In this document: in pieces, positions 9,886 to 18,064 of the stretch | Layout of the letters: each line of letters opens with the position of its first letter | Position numbering within the stretch: position 1 is the stretch's first letter | Source of the DNA: a virus | Length of the DNA stretch: 64,000 bases | Strand: one strand, 5' to 3' | Virus record (IMG/VR): IMGVR_UViG_3300037488_003551 | Coordinates: 108,893-172,892 of that record | The notes under the pieces: model-generated | Seen by the model: the letters and a program-made list of their open reading frames with translations, nothing else | Told to the model about the DNA's origin: nothing | The model's database searches: none | Translations under genes and position numbers: made by a program

Positions 9886-10537
9886 GATTCGGCTCCGGGA
9901 TAATGGAGTTCAAATGCTGCTCCATCCGAGAGAGGATATTGAATACTTGAGCTGCTAATTGGTCCATGCTCCCATCGTTATACAGGGTGTGTTCGATGTG
10001 TTCAAGAGGGATAAGACTTTGAGACGTTTCACTCGAGTGTTGTCTCTGTTTTTCGGACATATCTGCCGATGTCTTGGGATTTTCTTTTGTTATTCTGATT
10101 ACGTGTCCTCCGGGGATGGCTGCAATTGCTTCTGCCTCGTTTGGAAAGCGAATATCGCCAATAGCTATACGAGGTGGATGCATTTGAGTGGTGAGAGCCT
10201 CCACAAGGCCGAGGGGGTCGAGGCCGGTTGTTACGTAAGTGTTGAGCCTGTGCATAAAAAGTCGCACCCAGATATCGGGGTCATAGGTTCTTGCAAAATC
10301 TGTTCCTAGGTGCTGCATCATCGCTCTAAAATGAGCATTCTTTTTTTCACTAGGTCCAAACAAAACGTCGAATGGGATATCGAACCACCTATGAAGTGTC
10401 AGCTTTAGGTCGTCTGCGAAATTGAAGTTTACGAATCCGTAGCGATATTCGAGAATTTGAGCAACAGTTGATTTGCCTACGCCCGCGCTACCGACGATAC
10501 CTACGACAGTACAGTTATTCAGAGAATACATGTGCAC
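9878..10537 (-). CDS. Deoxynucleoside monophosphate kinase (T4 gp1-like)
   Basis: Walker A GSAGVGKST plus FADDLK, RAMMQHLGTD, IGDIRFPNE and HSSE motifs. Confidence 0.85.
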   Translation of the reverse strand: MHMYSLNNCTVVGIVGSAGVGKSTVAQILEYRYGFVNFNFADDLKLTLHRWFDIPFDVLFGPSEKKNAHFRAMMQHLGTDFARTYDPDIWVRLFMHRLNTYVTTGLDPLGLVEALTTQMHPPRIAIGDIRFPNEAEAIAAIPGGHVIRITKENPKTSADMSEKQRQHSSETSQSLIPLEHIEHTLYNDGSMDQLAAQVFNILSRMEQHLNSIIPEPNHG

Positions 10538-10587
10538 CTGCTTTTGTGATACAGAGAGTCTAGCATATCTCTAGGACCAAAAAAAGA

Positions 10588-10761
10588 GCCCTCGCTCTTC
10601 TTCCACCCTGAGAGTTATTCGGCCAGAGAGCTCGGGTCGAGAAGCCGCACGGCGGCGAGGACCGAGCTATCGGTTGAACACTCTAAACACTATTGAACGT
10701 TTTAATACTGCTGTAACAGCAGCTTGCGTTTTAAAAACGCTGCGTGGAAGAAGAGGAGGGC
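10588..10761 (-). ncRNA. Candidate retron msr-msd ncRNA
   Basis: 18-bp inverted repeat with one bulge (10588-10606 / 10744-10761). Unpaired G at 10743 on the - strand. Two perfect short hairpins (10726-10740, 10708-10722), a ~74-nt hairpin (10611-10684), then a U7 tract (10579-10585). Confidence 0.7.
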
Positions 10762-10771
10762 ACAAGGACTT

Positions 10772-11383
10772 TTAACCCCCGTAATCGGTAGTGGAAAGAG
10801 CTTCTACTTCTTTCTCTATTTTTTTCCATTGCCGCATACGGTAGGCGATTTTACTTCGAGTAGTTTTAGATGTGGATACGCAGAAACCTCGTGTCGCGTA
10901 AGCGGTGAGAGACTTTTCCCATGATTTACAAACTGGTAAATAGTGAGCAAGCCATTTTGCACCGCATTCGAGTTGTCCGGGGACGGTTGCTAGGTCGCAG
11001 TTTCGAGCGGCAATTCCGTGTACTTGTGTGAGGCCCACTTCTCCTAGTTTTCCGAGAGCTGTCATCTCGAAGGTGCTCTCGTTATAGACGATTGTCGTCA
11101 GAAGGAGAGGTGGAATCCCATGCGTTTGAGAAGCCTCGACAATGGCTTTTGCCATATCGATGCGAACCTCGGAGTCTCGTGACAGGATCTTTCCGGGTTC
11201 TGCGCGCATGAAATACTTGATTGCAAGGTCCACGGAGCGTACTTCTTCGTCGAAGCTTTTAGGGAGTTGCTCTGCGGGCTCTGCGGCGGTGGCATCCCTG
11301 CTCGATAAAAGCAGCATCACCATTAGCGTCGTTTTAGCCAGGCGCATCGTTCTGTTATGTCCTTTCCGCGCGTGATTGCGCAT
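10772..11383 (-). CDS. Soluble lytic transglycosylase (SLT) with signal peptide
   Basis: 'YNESTF' catalytic Glu, 'GEVGLTQV' and 'AYAT'; N-terminal hydrophobic stretch with an A-x-A site. Confidence 0.8.
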   Translation of the reverse strand: MRNHARKGHNRTMRLAKTTLMVMLLLSSRDATAAEPAEQLPKSFDEEVRSVDLAIKYFMRAEPGKILSRDSEVRIDMAKAIVEASQTHGIPPLLLTTIVYNESTFEMTALGKLGEVGLTQVHGIAARNCDLATVPGQLECGAKWLAHYLPVCKSWEKSLTAYATRGFCVSTSKTTRSKIAYRMRQWKKIEKEVEALSTTDYGG

Positions 11384-11441
11384 GTGGTAGTTTAGGATGT
11401 TGGTTGTATCACAAACAACATCGTTCCGACTTTATTTTATA

Positions 11442-12700
11442 CGTTCTACAAAACTGATAGAAGGAGCTTTTTGGATAATCATATAGATTACCGTAGCCCC
11501 TTCGTGTTTGTTTCCTGCTTCCTCGTTTTAAGTTTCGTTTTAGTCGGTTTCCGAATTGAAGACCGAATAACACCAGAGCTCGAAACTCCACAGGCTGTTA
11601 CCGCTGAACTAGCGGCCAAATTTTGCAGATTTAGGGCTGCGTTTATATCTCGGTGTGCTGCATATGCACATGTAGGACAAATAAATATCTTATCTCGTTT
11701 AAATTCTTCATGTATTTCCCCACAGTTGGAACAAGTTTTTGATGAGGGATAGAATCTATTAGCAATTACAATTGTAGTCCCCGTTAAGGCAGCTTTATAT
11801 GTTAATTGACGTCTAAATTCATAGAATCCTAAGGAAGAAATTGCGGGTGCGAAGGACCTATTAGCCAGCATTCCACGTACATTTAAGTCTTCGATACCTA
11901 AAATTGCGTAGGTAGATGTAAGATTTTTAGTTAGCTTGTGCAGACAGTCGGTACGTAGACAAAAGATTCTATAATGCTGGTTTCTTAGTTTGTTCAGAGC
12001 CTTTAGTTTATTATTAGAGCCCTTTTTCTTCCGCGAGAATTGACGATTTAAACGAGCTAGTTTTTTGAGTTCTAGAGATAAGCTAGGAGGTTTGAGTATT
12101 ATTTCGCCTGTTGAAATCGTTGCAAGATGCGTAATACCTAAATCTATACCCGCTATTCCGTGGTTATTGTGAGTAGCTCGGTTATAGGACTCAGGTAATT
12201 TTACTAGTATGCTCACAAACCAAAATTCAGCCTTTCTAGAAATGGTTGCGGAGAGCATCTTTCCGTTAAAGCGTAAGGCTTCGAACATTCGTATTTTCCC
12301 TATTTTAGGTAATTTTATGTAATTATTTTCAACTTTAAAAGTACCGGGTCCAGTATCGGCTCGGAATGAGTCGTGTACGCCCTTGCGTTTAAATCTAGGA
12401 TACTGACTTTGCTTCTTAAAAAAGCGGTTAAAAGCTTGTCCTAGATTTAATATTGCATATTGAGGAGCAGCTTTTGTTACGTTCTTCATCCAAGGAAATT
12501 GTATTTTTTTAATTTTGTTTAATTCTCGCAGTAGTCCCAGCGCTGTTGTGCTGAGACCTTTTGCATGATTATTGTTCCATTCCTCCAGTCCCCAATTATA
12601 AGCTTTGCGGGCTACCCCGCAGGCTTGTATCATGTATGTTTTTTGAATGTTATTAGGATTGAGGCGTATCTTATGGGCTAAGATTGGCATGTCAGACCTT
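11442..12700 (-). mobile_element. Non-autonomous tnpB-only element with probable omegaRNA at its 3' end
   Basis: No tnpA nearby. The 3' region has AAGCAGGAA and ends 'AGTTTTGTAGAACG', resembling IS607-type right ends. Boundaries are approximate. Confidence 0.55.
11488..12690 (-). CDS. tnpB: TnpB RNA-guided endonuclease (IS200/IS605/IS607 family)
   Basis: N-terminal 'AHKIRLNP...ARKAYNWGL'; RuvC motifs GIDLGI, IEDL and RDINAALN; Zn finger CSNC/CPTC; AT-rich. Confidence 0.92.
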   Translation of the reverse strand: MPILAHKIRLNPNNIQKTYMIQACGVARKAYNWGLEEWNNNHAKGLSTTALGLLRELNKIKKIQFPWMKNVTKAAPQYAILNLGQAFNRFFKKQSQYPRFKRKGVHDSFRADTGPGTFKVENNYIKLPKIGKIRMFEALRFNGKMLSATISRKAEFWFVSILVKLPESYNRATHNNHGIAGIDLGITHLATISTGEIILKPPSLSLELKKLARLNRQFSRKKKGSNNKLKALNKLRNQHYRIFCLRTDCLHKLTKNLTSTYAILGIEDLNVRGMLANRSFAPAISSLGFYEFRRQLTYKAALTGTTIVIANRFYPSSKTCSNCGEIHEEFKRDKIFICPTCAYAAHRDINAALNLQNLAASSAVTACGVSSSGVIRSSIRKPTKTKLKTRKQETNTKGLR

Positions 12701-12712
12701 ATACCATTTTAT

Positions 12713-13057
12713 TTAGGATTTTCGCAATTCTTCTTTGAACCACTCCCAGCACTTTTTAGTGAGTTCGTCATACGCGGGGGTCCCGCCATTTGTTGGCGGA
12801 TAAAAATGTCGAATGCTGCAACTTTCGATATACATCCCTGCTGCAATTTCCTCAGGAGTTAATCCGTGGTCGTTTGCATAGGAGATATAGACTTTATTTA
12901 TATAGTGCGTAAAAGTACTTACGCGTTTAAAAAACTCTGCGCGTGCAGCTTCTTCGCGCGCCTGCTCGACTTTTTCTTTATCGAGTTCGACCTTTGTACC
13001 TACAGGGACTTTTTTAAATCCCCCTTTGCCGTCGTAGACGTTTATGGTGTCTGTCAT
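12713..13057 (-). CDS. Hypothetical protein
   Basis: ATG 13057 overlaps the upstream stop and has a GAGGGAAG RBS. Confidence 0.55.
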   Translation of the reverse strand: MTDTINVYDGKGGFKKVPVGTKVELDKEKVEQAREEAARAEFFKRVSTFTHYINKVYISYANDHGLTPEEIAAGMYIESCSIRHFYPPTNGGTPAYDELTKKCWEWFKEELRKS

Positions 13058-13311
13058 TTCGTCTTCCCTCGGTGTTTTCCGCAATGTTTGCGTACTTCAT
13101 TAGCCATCACGATTTCGATTTTGTGGACGGCGTTCTCTCGGAACTCGACCTTAGCTCTGGGCGGATAAACCGGATTTCCCGGCTTGTTTTCCGCGAAAAT
13201 GGAGCGGTCGAGACAGTATCCTTGAATCAAGGTCTTTCTTTGTCCGTTTTTGAGTCCTCTTTCGAGTGCCCAATAGTGTTCACAGGTTCCACAGGGTTTT
13301 AGATTTTCCAC
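13054..13311 (-). CDS. Small Cys-containing hypothetical protein
   Basis: 'CGTCEHY...GYC...HC' pattern; part of an operon. Confidence 0.5.
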   Translation of the reverse strand: MENLKPCGTCEHYWALERGLKNGQRKTLIQGYCLDRSIFAENKPGNPVYPPRAKVEFRENAVHKIEIVMANEVRKHCGKHRGKTK

Positions 13312-13312
13312 G

Positions 13313-13753
13313 TTAGGCCCTTTCGACGATGGTTATACCGTATTTTTTCAATAATACGTGTGGTCCCAGCCCTTGAATAGCGAAACCGAGGCGGCGATAG
13401 GCTGATTCGGGTGATTTGTCTTCTCCAACATAGATAGAGAGCATTTTAGGGCCGTAACGCAGGATAACGAAGCCTTCCTCGGGTTCTTCGGGAGAAGATG
13501 GGAGAGCGGCAACTCCGCGAGTAGCCATTTTCTGTTTATCGCGTCCTTCGAGTATGTGAAAAAAGTCTAAAAGTCGTTCTCCCGCGGCTTTTGCAGTTTC
13601 TGTTTCTTTTATGTAGATGGTATATCGTCCTCCGTCTAGTATGATGGAGGGAGGTTGTATTTTAGGGGCTTCGGTATCCACACCTTCATCGTACACGGAC
13701 TTGAAATTGGGCTTTTTTTTGATTTCCTCTTTTACAAAAGGATTACGAATCAT
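13313..13753 (-). CDS. Hypothetical protein
   Basis: ATG 13753 overlaps the upstream stop. Confidence 0.5.
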   Translation of the reverse strand: MIRNPFVKEEIKKKPNFKSVYDEGVDTEAPKIQPPSIILDGGRYTIYIKETETAKAAGERLLDFFHILEGRDKQKMATRGVAALPSSPEEPEEGFVILRYGPKMLSIYVGEDKSPESAYRRLGFAIQGLGPHVLLKKYGITIVERA

Positions 13754-14115
13754 TTTAGCACCTTTGAGGCGAGTTTGACCGTCCAATGGTTTGATAGTTG
13801 CTGCACTCTTCCGGGTATTTCAACTTTTGAGAGTTGTTTCGGGACATATATTGTGACTGGAGGTACACAGGCAGCCGGATTAGGAATGAATTTGGATATA
13901 AACATGCGTTCGTAGAGGCGTTGAAGTGCAGCGCGCGTTGCGATGGCGGGGTCCGAGTGCACAGCCTGGGCGGTCGCGGGTAAGAGGCGCCGTATTTCCC
14001 ATGATTCACGTTTTACGTACTTCTCAGGGATATTATCCGAGGCTTCTGCTGCAACGGCTACTGCTATTGTTCTATTCCCGGAGGTCGCTGTGTGTATTCC
14101 GATGTAGTAGCGCAT
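13750..14115 (-). CDS. Hypothetical protein
   Basis: First ORF after a terminator and a TGnTAACAT motif. Confidence 0.5.
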   Translation of the reverse strand: MRYYIGIHTATSGNRTIAVAVAAEASDNIPEKYVKRESWEIRRLLPATAQAVHSDPAIATRAALQRLYERMFISKFIPNPAACVPPVTIYVPKQLSKVEIPGRVQQLSNHWTVKLASKVLK

Positions 14116-14131
14116 GCGTTGATGTTAGCAC

Positions 14132-14172
14132 AAAAAGAAAAAGCCTGAAAAGGTGTCTTTCCAGGCTTTTTC
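14132..14172 (-). terminator. Intrinsic terminator (possibly bidirectional)
   Basis: - strand AAAAAGCCTGGAAAG-ACAC-CTTTTCAGGCTTTTTCTTTTT downstream of the AT-hook gene. Confidence 0.8.
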
Positions 14173-14190
14173 CGTTACAGGGTCCGCTTA

Positions 14191-14700
14191 TCAGTTGTAG
14201 GCGCGTTTCGGGGGTCGGATGGTTCCTTTTGGACTTTGAACAGCTAGCGCAGCTTTTTGCATGGGTGGTCGTCCTCTCCTCTTCGGAGCTTCGTCGACCT
14301 CTACCGCCTGGGTAGTGGGCTTACGACTGCGCTTTGGCGGCTCTTCTGCCACGTCGAGCTTCGAAAGGGGAGGACGCCCTCGTCTTTTAGGCTCTTCGAC
14401 CGCTTCAACCTGTGCCACGGGCTTACGCCCACGTCTTTTAGGCTCTTCGACCACTTCAACCTGTGCCGCGGGCTGACGTCCACGCTTTTGAGACACTGGA
14501 GCTGGCACTGGCTTTCCCTTTTGCACCTTCTGCGGTTCTGAAGCAGAGCGTGCAATAGGCATTTGGGCTGCCAAAAGGATTTTGGTCAGCTTGGTTCTCG
14601 TACCACAGGCTTTGCACGTCCCGTACTCGCCCGGGAGGGCCACGACTCGTTCCGTGCATTTCGGGCAAGAGAAGATTTTGGAACCTTTGGGACGGGGCAT
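14191..14700 (-). CDS. Zn-ribbon plus AT-hook repeat DNA-binding protein
   Basis: CPKC/CKAC at the N-terminus; repeats KRGRQP, KRRGRKP, KRRGRPP, KRSRKP and KRRGRPP. Confidence 0.75.
   Translation of the reverse strand: MPRPKGSKIFSCPKCTERVVALPGEYGTCKACGTRTKLTKILLAAQMPIARSASEPQKVQKGKPVPAPVSQKRGRQPAAQVEVVEEPKRRGRKPVAQVEAVEEPKRRGRPPLSKLDVAEEPPKRSRKPTTQAVEVDEAPKRRGRPPMQKAALAVQSPKGTIRPPKRAYN
14260..14490. repeat. Degenerate ~51-57 bp coding tandem repeat (AT-hook units)
   Basis: 'cgtcttttaggctcttcgacc(g/a)cttcaacctgtgcc(a/g)cgggct' occurs twice 51 bp apart, with degenerate flanking copies. Confidence 0.75.
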
Positions 14701-14715
14701 CTCAGACTCCTTAGG

Positions 14716-16992
14716 TTATGCGCTCTTTAATTTGTTAAAGAGCGTTATCGTTTTCTTTAGTAGAGTACAGGCATAATCCTGGCTGTCAATAAGTATTAAG
14801 CCTAAAGAACGATAAATTTTCATTCCGTAACCCATAGGAGACTTTTCCTTCTGAAAATTTATGTTCTTCATATGGGCTTTGTGCCGTATAAGATTGGACG
14901 TTCCCGTCCAAAAACGGCTATCCAAAATGGCAACGACTCCTAGGTCGGTTTGAGACCGTATTAGGCGTCCAGCCCCTTGGCGTACGGCTTCGAGCATGAT
15001 GGGAACGGATACTTCCATGAAGGAATTCGATCCAGCACGCGCGGTAAGAGCGCGGATGATTGGGTCGTCTGGTACGGGGAAAGGAAGTTTTGGGATAATC
15101 ACCAGGCGTAGTTTGCTACCTTGGATATCGACCCCTTCCCAGAAGCTCTTGAGGCCATAGAGCATGGAATTAGGGGTTTGGTGATACTGTTTGGTCAGCG
15201 CGTCGGCTGTTATCCCGTCGCTTTGGGTAAGGACTGGGATGCCAGCTTCTTCTAAACGTCTTCGAGTTCGGTTAGCGACCTCTCGTAGGTCTTTGGCCGA
15301 AGAAAACAGGACGAATCCATCGCCAACGCTAGCTGTGGCGAGCGCTACGATTTCGTTTGCGATGTCGTCGTACCATTCGAAAAAGCCTCCCTTGGCGGGA
15401 ATCGTATCCATGCGCGGAATATAGAGGCGAGCTGCTTTTCGATAGTCAAAGGGACTACCTACGACTTTTTCGACAACGTCGTCCTCCAGGCGATTATACC
15501 CAAGCGATGCGCGCATGTAGGAGAAGTCGTTTCCATTTTGTGCGAGCGTAGCACTCGTGATGACGATGTGTTTGAAGTGTTTGTTTAGGGCTGGGCGGAT
15601 AAGAGTTCCAACATCTACGGGAATAAGGCTGAGCCCTCGAGGGTCCAGTGCGGCTGTTTTGGTAGTGTAAAAATCCTCGGTACGAGCCTCTGTTAGGAAT
15701 GAATTCAGTCGTTTGAGTTTGTTGATGAGGCGTGCGCGAATGGTGCAACCCTTCGGATTTTCCTCAAAGACTTCTTCTGTTATTGGTATACTTTCTAAGT
15801 ACGTTGTTACGCTGGAAATTCTAGTTACGAGCTGCGCATCAACTCCTAGGTCTTCTACGTACTTATTTATTTCAGCTAGTACTACAGGTGCAAAGTTATA
15901 TTTATGGTCGTCGTTATCTGTAAAATTAGGAATTTCATTGAATGTAGGTCTGCTTACTGTATTTGCTATGTCTAGACGGTCTTTTAAATTTTTAGCTAAT
16001 ATATCTAGTTCTTCAGCTAATGGATGGTATGTAGCGTATCCTAGTCCCTCAGAACCCAGGAGCAGGAGGTCGGTACGCTGTAACTCGCTCGAAATTCCAC
16101 CTAGATATCCAGGAGATATTGTTGCTTGAAATGCGCTGCGTAGCGATGCCACCGCTTGGTGTGCTTCATCCATAACTAAAAACTTAAAAGCACGCTTTCC
16201 AAGACCGTCATCGAGTATTCCAGGAAAACGCAAGAAGGTTCCGAAGTAGTGGTAATTAGTAATGATTATGCGCGCTTTACGTGCGTTTTTTCCATAGCAA
16301 TCATACTTACAAACGCCAGGTTTTGGACAATTATCGGTTGAGATTTTTCCCCACCATTTGGCTTCGATATGTGCAGGCCAATTATCGAGGTCCGCAGGGC
16401 GTCCCTTGTACTTTTCTAAGAATGCGTCGAAATGTCCTTTGTAATTGTCAGGTACTTCTTTTCGTAGCTCCGGGCATGCGTAGTTGTTGCGGCCTTTGAG
16501 AAGGGCGTAGGAGATTCCGGTTTCCCCGTCGGCTCCAAGCGCTTCCAATATCTTCGGAAAATCGCGTGTGAGCTGTTTTTGTAGGGCTTTGTTTGATGTG
16601 ATGATGATGGCTCGAGCTGTACGGTCTTTTAAGAGCTCGAGGATAACAGGGATGATGTAGGCGTAACTTTTTCCAACGCCGGTTCCTCCTTCGATAAAGG
16701 TGACACTTTTGGGTTCGGCAAATTGCATGTCGATTGTGTTTGCATACTCGAGCTGTGCGGGTCTCCTTTCCTTGACGAGATTGCCTACTCCAATTTCTAG
16801 GAGGTCCGCCCCTGTCTTGGACAGGAGCTCACCGCAGAAGGTGCAGGGCATTTTGTTGGGGTCTTTGTCGGCATCGTACTCGACATCATAAGTGAGCCGG
16901 TAGATACCACAGTTCGGGTTCTTACAGAGCATGTAGGGGTCCCTCCGAATTTTGATACGAGTCCCGGGTTTTTTGGGAATAGCTAGAGGCAT
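14716..16992 (-). CDS. dinG: DinG/YoaA-family SF2 helicase with N-terminal Zn ribbon
   Basis: Q-motif RPAQ, GGTGVGKS, KGRNNY.C Fe-S cysteines, DEAH, TSAT, SFWEGVD and QGAGRLIRS. Confidence 0.9.
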   Translation of the reverse strand: MPLAIPKKPGTRIKIRRDPYMLCKNPNCGIYRLTYDVEYDADKDPNKMPCTFCGELLSKTGADLLEIGVGNLVKERRPAQLEYANTIDMQFAEPKSVTFIEGGTGVGKSYAYIIPVILELLKDRTARAIIITSNKALQKQLTRDFPKILEALGADGETGISYALLKGRNNYACPELRKEVPDNYKGHFDAFLEKYKGRPADLDNWPAHIEAKWWGKISTDNCPKPGVCKYDCYGKNARKARIIITNYHYFGTFLRFPGILDDGLGKRAFKFLVMDEAHQAVASLRSAFQATISPGYLGGISSELQRTDLLLLGSEGLGYATYHPLAEELDILAKNLKDRLDIANTVSRPTFNEIPNFTDNDDHKYNFAPVVLAEINKYVEDLGVDAQLVTRISSVTTYLESIPITEEVFEENPKGCTIRARLINKLKRLNSFLTEARTEDFYTTKTAALDPRGLSLIPVDVGTLIRPALNKHFKHIVITSATLAQNGNDFSYMRASLGYNRLEDDVVEKVVGSPFDYRKAARLYIPRMDTIPAKGGFFEWYDDIANEIVALATASVGDGFVLFSSAKDLREVANRTRRRLEEAGIPVLTQSDGITADALTKQYHQTPNSMLYGLKSFWEGVDIQGSKLRLVIIPKLPFPVPDDPIIRALTARAGSNSFMEVSVPIMLEAVRQGAGRLIRSQTDLGVVAILDSRFWTGTSNLIRHKAHMKNINFQKEKSPMGYGMKIYRSLGLILIDSQDYACTLLKKTITLFNKLKSA

Positions 16993-17129
16993 TTCCTGGA
17001 ACCGTATTCTTTGTTTCCAACCATAATTGATTGGTGCCTGAAGAATACGCGCAGAAATTAAGTTTGTAAAGCTCGTTCTTTTACCAGAAAAAGTGTGATA
17101 TTCTCACTCGAAAATAGGAGGTCTCTAAT

Positions 17130-17708
17130 ATGTCAGACATGCCCCGAATCGGTGAAGAAGGATTTATTGGAACGACTGCAAAGGCCGCGAAGATTGAGGA
17201 AACTCTTTCAATCATGTCCGAGAAGCAGCCCACGGAGAAAAAACTCACGGAAGAGGAGCAGTACGTAAAAGGTCTCGAGGAGGCTGGCATCTCGGTCGCG
17301 CAGGCGCGGGTCATTATGGAAGCCATGTTCGTAAACGGCTTTTACGAGGAGGAAATTTACCTCGGCGCTAATACGTACGTGACGCTGCGCAGTCGTCAGT
17401 ACTTTGATACGATTCGCGCAAATCGTAAGCTCGAGGCCGACCGCGTTGAGTACGTGGCATCGATTCAAAACGTCGTAAATAGTTACAACACGGCGGCATC
17501 ACTCGTAAAATACGCGAATCGGGATTTTAGCGTTTCGAAGCCACATGACGATGTGGACCAGCAGGTTATCGAGGATTCGTTCACGAAGCGGTTGGACTTC
17601 TTGGAGCGCTTGCCCACGCAGGTCACCATTAAGCTCATGCAGAAGACTTTCGAGTTCGATAAGAAGCTCATGGCTGTCTTTTCGGACGGAGCCCCCCAGG
17701 ATTTTTAA
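17130..17708 (+). CDS. Tail assembly chaperone (gpG-like)
   Basis: Lies just upstream of the tape measure; ends ...CAG GAT TTT TAA with an open -1 frame. Confidence 0.7.
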   Translation: MSDMPRIGEEGFIGTTAKAAKIEETLSIMSEKQPTEKKLTEEEQYVKGLEEAGISVAQARVIMEAMFVNGFYEEEIYLGANTYVTLRSRQYFDTIRANRKLEADRVEYVASIQNVVNSYNTAASLVKYANRDFSVSKPHDDVDQQVIEDSFTKRLDFLERLPTQVTIKLMQKTFEFDKKLMAVFSDGAPQDF

Positions 17709-18055
17709 ATACGGCGGCGGGGCAAGTTCGAGCTTATGCCTACACGCATAACGCCCCGCTGCCCGAGACCGGGTCGTTTCATGAGCAAGTTCTTGCGGAG
17801 TCGATTCTCCGTGAGAGAAACTTGCAGTTTGCGAGCGTGGGCTTGATTGCGCGCTTGATTGGGTTGATGGGTGGCATCCCCGATAAAGTCTTGCAGCTCC
17901 ACATGGATCTGTTTAAGGAAGAGCTCTACCAGTTACGCTATAATAGTAAATACGTATCTGCGACTGAGCGTTGGCGAAAGATGATGCGAGACAAGGCACA
18001 GCACGAGGCTCGGCTCATGGAACGAGTTGCTAACATGACGTCTGACGAGGGCTAA
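17702..18055 (+). CDS. gpT-like -1 frameshift extension of the tail chaperone
   Basis: The -1 frame has no stop from 17702 to TAA 18053-18055 and includes track ORF 17822-18055. Confidence 0.7.
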   Translation, partial: FLNTAAGQVRAYAYTHNAPLPETGSFHEQVLAESILRERNLQFASVGLIARLIGLMGGIPDKVLQLHMDLFKEELYQLRYNSKYVSATERWRKMMRDKAQHEARLMERVANMTSDEG

Positions 18056-18064
18056 AAACAGAAG

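Noticed and set aside
10588-10761. tRNA or simple terminator
   Set aside because: No T-loop/D-loop consensus or CCA end. The 174-nt nested multi-hairpin structure is far larger than a terminator needs.
14260-14490. CRISPR-like array
   Set aside because: The repeats are in-frame coding units of the AT-hook protein with no unique spacers.
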